64,000 nt of DNA, taken from positions 1-64,000 of the forward strand of contig CAVSHO010000011.1 in the NCBI GenBank assembly GCA_963727825.1. Reading direction: 5' to 3'. How positions within the stretch are numbered: position 1 is the stretch's first letter; each line of letters begins with the position of its first letter. Of this stretch, positions 58,957 through 64,000 are shown one piece after another. The translations under genes and the position numbers were made by a program. The notes under the pieces are model-generated. The model was not told the DNA's origin. It searched no databases and saw nothing but the letters and a program-made list of their open reading frames with translations. This DNA is from Ignavibacteriota bacterium (lineage in GTDB: Bacteria; Bacteroidota; Ignavibacteria; UBA10030).

Positions 58957-61900
58957 CTATTTAAAATTGAATTTGTTGCAGAAATCCATGGCTTCTTCTC
59001 TTGTCTTGAAAACACCAACAAAAACACGATATCGTAAGCCCATCGAAGGAATACGTGCAGTCATCACGTACGCTTGTAGTCTGTGAAATTTCTCAACTTT
59101 TTTCGCCACTCGCCCCACTTTTGATTTCGTAACCCATGGAGAGATTTGAAGAATATAACCTGTCTTCTCTGCATTAGAAATCACAATACACGGCTTTTCA
59201 GTTTTAATTCTTGGCGATGGTTGTTCGACTTTCTCTACAGCTGCTTGCGGTGTAGGTACGACCTTCTCTTTAACTTCTTGTGGCGGAGGTACGACTTTTT
59301 CTACAGCTACTTGCGGTGAAGGTACGACTTTCTCTACAGCTACTTGTGGTGGAGGTATGACTTTCTCTTCAGCTGCTTGCGGTGTAGGTACGATCTTCTC
59401 TTTAGCGACTTGTGGCGGAGGTACGACTTTTTCTACAGCTACTTGTGGTGTAGGTACGACCTTCTCTTCAGCTGCTTGCGGTGTAGGTACGACTTTCTCT
59501 TCAAGTATCTGAGGCTTTTCGGTGGCAATAGTTCTTTGTTCACCTATCTTTCCGAGTATAGCCGTAGTGTCTCTCTGGAAGGATTCGAGCACGAATTCGA
59601 GCCCTTCCACTACAAAGCCATCCTTATTTTGTAAAATATTAACTGGCAATGTTATCGGTGAAGAAGTCATGTATAATCTCCGTAATTGGGCGGTATCAAT
59701 TCGGGCAAAATATGAACCAGGTGCCAAACCGAGAAAACTAAAAAAGCCATCGGCCTCAGAAAGAGTGCTCGCAACAAGACTAGAGTCATCACTACGATAA
59801 AAACATACTATAATACGTCCCTGTCCTTTCTTTTTATTGTTTTCACTAAGATAAACTGTTCCTGAAACTTCACCTACTACAGCGATAGGAATCTCTATCA
59901 ATTTGAATTGGTTAGGATCGATAAAAACGCTTATGGTTGGCTTTTTTATTTGCCAACTAATATTGTCAAAACTGTTGCGGTCGAGTTCAATCGTATAAGT
60001 CGTATAGGGTTCTAGATCGAATACGCGTATGGTTGTATCCCGATCGTCACGTTCTATGCGACCACTATTGATACTAAAATTAAGTCCAAAAGCTTTTGGT
60101 TCACCTTTATCATGCCGACCATTGCAATTAAGATCAAGGAAAGGAACGATGACGATTCCTCCTCTGCCAACACTTGGCCGATTATCTGTACCAATGTAAT
60201 TTGTTTTGCCATCGAACAATAAACTTCCACTGGCTGACTGAATAAAGGTGTTTGTATTGTTATCGCGCCTGGCTGATGCACTGGCCTGTGCATAGGGAAA
60301 TTCATACCGTAACACAATCTGATAACTATTGATTTTGTTGATGAAATCTTTTTCATAAATCATATCTAGATAACTATGACCAAACATTTGTTTCTCAAAT
60401 TCACATTTCGCAAAGGTCATCTTTTTTTGATTGTAATCATATTGCGTCTGAGGCGTCATAATGAATCCGTTCGGAAGCCTAAAAGACAGAGAAAGGTTGC
60501 CATAAATGTATGGAGGGAATGGATCCGTATACGACGCATAGGTACTGGAGTTGACACTTACACCGAGAATTGAACCAGACAATAACAAATCAGACATAAT
60601 GTATTTCATCGTAGGCAAAACAATTTGATTAATAGTAAACCGAGAATATATTGTGGAATTCCCGAAACTAAAAGGCATAGATATCACAGCTTTACGATCT
60701 TCAAGAAAATTGGTATTGATTGCTTCTTGGTCTTTATCGTACTTGGTATAATCAATTTCAAACTGCAGGTTCGAAGGCAAGCGGTAATTAAGTATGCCTT
60801 TCGACCTTACGCCGTTTACATATTCGCCGGAGAAAAGAAGGCTGGAAGTAAGACTGAGCGAAGTATTTAAAAAAGGCATGCTTTTCCCGGAAGCGACTGA
60901 TGAAAAGTATTCTATTCCACTGCCAACCGTAATATGTCGATCCACACCATAATTGAAATTGATGCGTGAAAACAGATTATCACTTCCATCTTCCACCGTA
61001 CCGGTGCTCACGGTATATTCAAATTCCTTTTGTGGAAGAAAATTAAAAGGTATTGTTATATTTTGTAGTGTGGTACGCTCTTCGCCATCAGGTCCATAAA
61101 AACGAAGTTTAATATCTGAATTTCCATACACAAGCGGGACTTCAAAAAGATAAAAGCCGGAAGCGTCGGACTTTACATAATCCACTAATACATTATTCAC
61201 ATAGAGTTCCACTATCCAATTGGGCTCAGTGTAGTCACTCAATGTATAGGAACCGAACGATCGTCTGTAAGTCGTTGGCGTATTAGTTAATTGCGCTCCC
61301 ACGATAGGCGCATAAATGGATGAGATAGATTGTGTAGAGATTGTGCCTGCCATTATTTGCCGAAAGGCTTGATTATCGTTGTTGACAAAATGCCAGAGGT
61401 AATATTGCTGCCTCATGGTAAAAGGCTCGTTGTTGTCATAATTGATCAGAACTTTCGTTTCTCCTCCCCCCAGAGTAGCTCCGAGCCCTAAGTTAAGTCT
61501 CACATCATTCCAACCTTGATATTGTTCTGTATTGATCGACCAATCTGCCATCCCAAAACGGAAAAATGGATAATCCCTTCCAATGATGGTATCGGCTTTA
61601 ATTTCTCCTTTGAGACGGCTGATGTTTTTACGCATCTGTTCTTGCCGCATTTCGCGAATTGCAGGCAATTCAAATTTTGTATTCAGTATGACCGAAAGAC
61701 TACGGAAATTAAACGTACAATATAATCCGAACACTTCGCCAAAATAATTCGATTTCAAATAGAGATTAGTTTCTGTCCGGATCAGATCATTCGGCTTTAG
61801 AGTAAAAACTTTATTTTGATATAGAATGCGCCGGTTCACCCTATCAACGAGATAAGTTGCTTGTCGGTCGATAAAAAAGCCAGACACCGATTCAAATCCT

Positions 61901-62241
61901 GGAGAAGGATTGTTCTTGATCTTTAAAAAATCGAAAACATTTGTAATAGGTAGATACACTACTTCGTTGCGGATAACGGCCGGCATCTCTGTTAATCCAA
62001 TGCCTTGCACCTCGAAGGAAACTGATGTTTCATCGTATTCAGGTTCTTTCTGAGCGTAGCTAAGTATAGGCGAGAGTAGAGTTAGAAGCAAAAAACTGGA
62101 CGCAATCCGGCAAACGGCAACTTTTTGTCTTTGAAGATTCAATTTCAAAGACAAGCAGACTTCCACTTTTTTATTCTTCACGAAGTGTTGCATTTCATTG
62201 CTAAACTCAAAAATTTTTATTCCTAGCTTATTGTTGAACAA
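58957..62241 (-). CDS. Large usher-like outer-membrane protein with Pro-rich repeats and a C-terminal SPOR domain (start uncertain)
   Basis: VELYVNN.L, VPLVYG.SDIKLRFYGPDGE, FLDLNCNG, terminal YRVFVGVFKTREEA. Confidence 0.7.
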   Translation of the reverse strand: MFNNKLGIKIFEFSNEMQHFVKNKKVEVCLSLKLNLQRQKVAVCRIASSFLLLTLLSPILSYAQKEPEYDETSVSFEVQGIGLTEMPAVIRNEVVYLPITNVFDFLKIKNNPSPGFESVSGFFIDRQATYLVDRVNRRILYQNKVFTLKPNDLIRTETNLYLKSNYFGEVFGLYCTFNFRSLSVILNTKFELPAIREMRQEQMRKNISRLKGEIKADTIIGRDYPFFRFGMADWSINTEQYQGWNDVRLNLGLGATLGGGETKVLINYDNNEPFTMRQQYYLWHFVNNDNQAFRQIMAGTISTQSISSIYAPIVGAQLTNTPTTYRRSFGSYTLSDYTEPNWIVELYVNNVLVDYVKSDASGFYLFEVPLVYGNSDIKLRFYGPDGEERTTLQNITIPFNFLPQKEFEYTVSTGTVEDGSDNLFSRINFNYGVDRHITVGSGIEYFSSVASGKSMPFLNTSLSLTSSLLFSGEYVNGVRSKGILNYRLPSNLQFEIDYTKYDKDQEAINTNFLEDRKAVISMPFSFGNSTIYSRFTINQIVLPTMKYIMSDLLLSGSILGVSVNSSTYASYTDPFPPYIYGNLSLSFRLPNGFIMTPQTQYDYNQKKMTFAKCEFEKQMFGHSYLDMIYEKDFINKINSYQIVLRYEFPYAQASASARRDNNTNTFIQSASGSLLFDGKTNYIGTDNRPSVGRGGIVIVPFLDLNCNGRHDKGEPKAFGLNFSINSGRIERDDRDTTIRVFDLEPYTTYTIELDRNSFDNISWQIKKPTISVFIDPNQFKLIEIPIAVVGEVSGTVYLSENNKKKGQGRIIVCFYRSDDSSLVASTLSEADGFFSFLGLAPGSYFARIDTAQLRRLYMTSSPITLPVNILQNKDGFVVEGLEFVLESFQRDTTAILGKIGEQRTIATEKPQILEEKVVPTPQAAEEKVVPTPQVAVEKVVPPPQVAKEKIVPTPQAAEEKVIPPPQVAVEKVVPSPQVAVEKVVPPPQEVKEKVVPTPQAAVEKVEQPSPRIKTEKPCIVISNAEKTGYILQISPWVTKSKVGRVAKKVEKFHRLQAYVMTARIPSMGLRYRVFVGVFKTREEAMDFCNKFNFK
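59227..59502 (-). repeat. Intragenic 33-bp tandem repeat (8 units plus a partial)
   Basis: Encodes xEKVVPxPQxA repeats. Confidence 0.9.
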
Positions 62242-62758
62242 AAGTTACCTGAAATATACCGCTATAATCCCCGGGTGGATTAGCTCCAGGATTGCCTACT
62301 GTAAGCGTTCCGCCAATATGCACATGCGTAGGCGATGGACGCATTGCTGCTGTAATAAATGGGGAACCGGTACTGGAAGTGCCAATGTGAAGCATCAGAG
62401 TACCTCCATTGCTACCGTTTAATGAGACATCAGAACCGTTTACTATGGTAATCAGGGTACCGGGGTTAGCAACCACATCAAAAAGAGCTGCAGAAACTGA
62501 ACCCCCATTGAGAAGTACGATGTTGCCCGACCAGGAGCGCATTCCACTGGACGAAACGCTAACAGTTCCACCCAAAGCGCCCTGAGCAAAATTACCAAAA
62601 CTCAGGTTTTGAGAGGTAATCGCCGTAACGGTTATTGGTCGAGGAGGCATTTCCTGAGCACTGACCGACACATAAATCATCAAAAGCAAGAATATACTTC
62701 TTTGAGAAAGTCGAATAAACCGACTGAAGAGTGAATATATTGTTCGGGTCTTTATCAT
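62228..62758 (-). CDS. DUF4402-like (pilin/SCPU-like) secreted protein
   Basis: QNLSFG.F, IGGTLTV, PGDYSGIFQVTF. Confidence 0.8.
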   Translation of the reverse strand: MIKTRTIYSLFSRFIRLSQRSIFLLLMIYVSVSAQEMPPRPITVTAITSQNLSFGNFAQGALGGTVSVSSSGMRSWSGNIVLLNGGSVSAALFDVVANPGTLITIVNGSDVSLNGSNGGTLMLHIGTSSTGSPFITAAMRPSPTHVHIGGTLTVGNPGANPPGDYSGIFQVTFVQQ

Positions 62759-62792
62759 TAATTTCGTATAAATATTTTTTGTTTAATAAAAA

Positions 62793-64000
62793 CTATTTAA
62801 GTAGCACTGATTTTTTTGTTTTAAAATAATTACCAGCATGGATTCTATAAAAATAGACACCGCTGGAAAGTCCACTACCATCAAATTGCACTTCATAAGT
62901 ACCTGGTAGTTTTTGTTCGTTCACAAGTTTTGATACTTCTTTTCCAAGAATATCGTAAACAGTGATGCTTACAAAACTTGTATGCGGAATTAAATATCTT
63001 ATTGTGGTCCGCGGATTAAATGGATTAGGAAAATTCTGTAACAACGAGAATTCTGTCGGAATGTTATTTAATACATTTAAAGAGAAAACCAAAGAAAACC
63101 GGTTTTTATACTCACCTGCTTTTAATAAGAAACTGTACTGCGGATTAAGTCTTAAATCCTGACTGATCCCTGCTACGGTATCTACTAGATAAATATACCT
63201 TTTGGCGGGTATTTGTACAATGTTATTAGCTTTGAAAGTGATCCATCCATCTTTTGCTGTTTTGATGCCAAGCGGAATCCTCTTAATACTATCAACCGGA
63301 AAGGGTATCGCGATTATCGAAAGGCGACTGGAATCTGCTATCATTGTATATAAATTAGGAACAAGTACATTGGTATTCATCAGCTTCAATGCATCAAGAT
63401 TCTTATCGAATGACTGCGTAGCCGAACTGTCAAAATAGATTACGGCAGGGTCGGGTGTTGCTCCGTTGTCCGTAAAACCTGCAGTAATTCTTAGTAAAGG
63501 CAGAGTGTCCGTTTTCACCGATTTTAAAAGCGCGTGTGTAAGATCGTTTATTCTTACACTATCTGTGATTCCAAGAGTTCCGGTAACTGGATAAGAGCCA
63601 TTGGAAACATGAACAAAAAATCCTTGCATTGAAGGAATAATATTAGTGGCCATCCCATCGCTCGAAATCCCATTGATATAAGTGCTATATGTGCCGGTAT
63701 ATTGATCACTTGCCTGGAAGTAATATAATGCATTATCGATATTCGTCTTTGTCCAGCCACTTGTGTCATCCCAATTGATAGGTGAAGGATATGGATTGCC
63801 CACCAAATTAAAACCCGATGTGTATGGCTGATTATGATTATACAAAGTGGTAGACAAGCTACCATTGTTCACCACACCAGCAACAGCCACAGTTTCAACA
63901 ATTGCTGAAGGACCAAAGTTCGCGGCATATCCCTGCATGGGATTTAACAAATTTGTTGCTGTGGTATAATTTACCCATCCTGAGGAAGTCATATTCTCGT
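62793..64000 (-). CDS. Large T9SS-CTD surface protein (5' end outside window)
   Basis: GFNLVGNPYPS, IPSMQGFFV, LQNFPNPFNP...KSVLLK. Confidence 0.88.
   Translation of the reverse strand, partial: ENMTSSGWVNYTTATNLLNPMQGYAANFGPSAIVETVAVAGVVNNGSLSTTLYNHNQPYTSGFNLVGNPYPSPINWDDTSGWTKTNIDNALYYFQASDQYTGTYSTYINGISSDGMATNIIPSMQGFFVHVSNGSYPVTGTLGITDSVRINDLTHALLKSVKTDTLPLLRITAGFTDNGATPDPAVIYFDSSATQSFDKNLDALKLMNTNVLVPNLYTMIADSSRLSIIAIPFPVDSIKRIPLGIKTAKDGWITFKANNIVQIPAKRYIYLVDTVAGISQDLRLNPQYSFLLKAGEYKNRFSLVFSLNVLNNIPTEFSLLQNFPNPFNPRTTIRYLIPHTSFVSITVYDILGKEVSKLVNEQKLPGTYEVQFDGSGLSSGVYFYRIHAGNYFKTKKSVLLK

Overview
AT-rich bacterial chromosomal window, probably Ignavibacteriota/Bacteroidota-type (many proteins end in the 'QNYPNPFNP' T9SS sorting domain). 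Bases 1-30837 are a sedentary integron: intI (29878-30837, +), attI near 29613, and at least 22 minus-strand cassettes separated by 22 closely related attC sites; the array runs off the left edge. Two different IS110-family RNA-guided recombinase elements sit in its attC sites: four apparently identical IS1111-type copies (non-coding region downstream of tnp) and one IS110-group element (non-coding region upstream) nested at the left junction of the first IS1111 copy. In both, candidate bridge/seekRNA guides matching the attC target and the element's own circle junction can be read from the sequence, and IS1111 occupancy follows the one attC variant its guide matches. Most cassettes carry their own 12-17 bp terminal inverted repeat. 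Cargo includes a lesioned RM system, a TA pair with a nonsense toxin, nuclease-like ORFs, lipoproteins, T9SS cargo, an exactly duplicated cassette and a four-gene CsgG operon. Bases 30918-64000 are ordinary genes: hybrid kinase, response regulator, hydrolases, TonB receptors, a metal cluster, YceI-porin-YceI, three sulfotransferase-like paralogues, sodC and a DUF4402/usher-like locus. All calls are by eye; no searches or folding were run.
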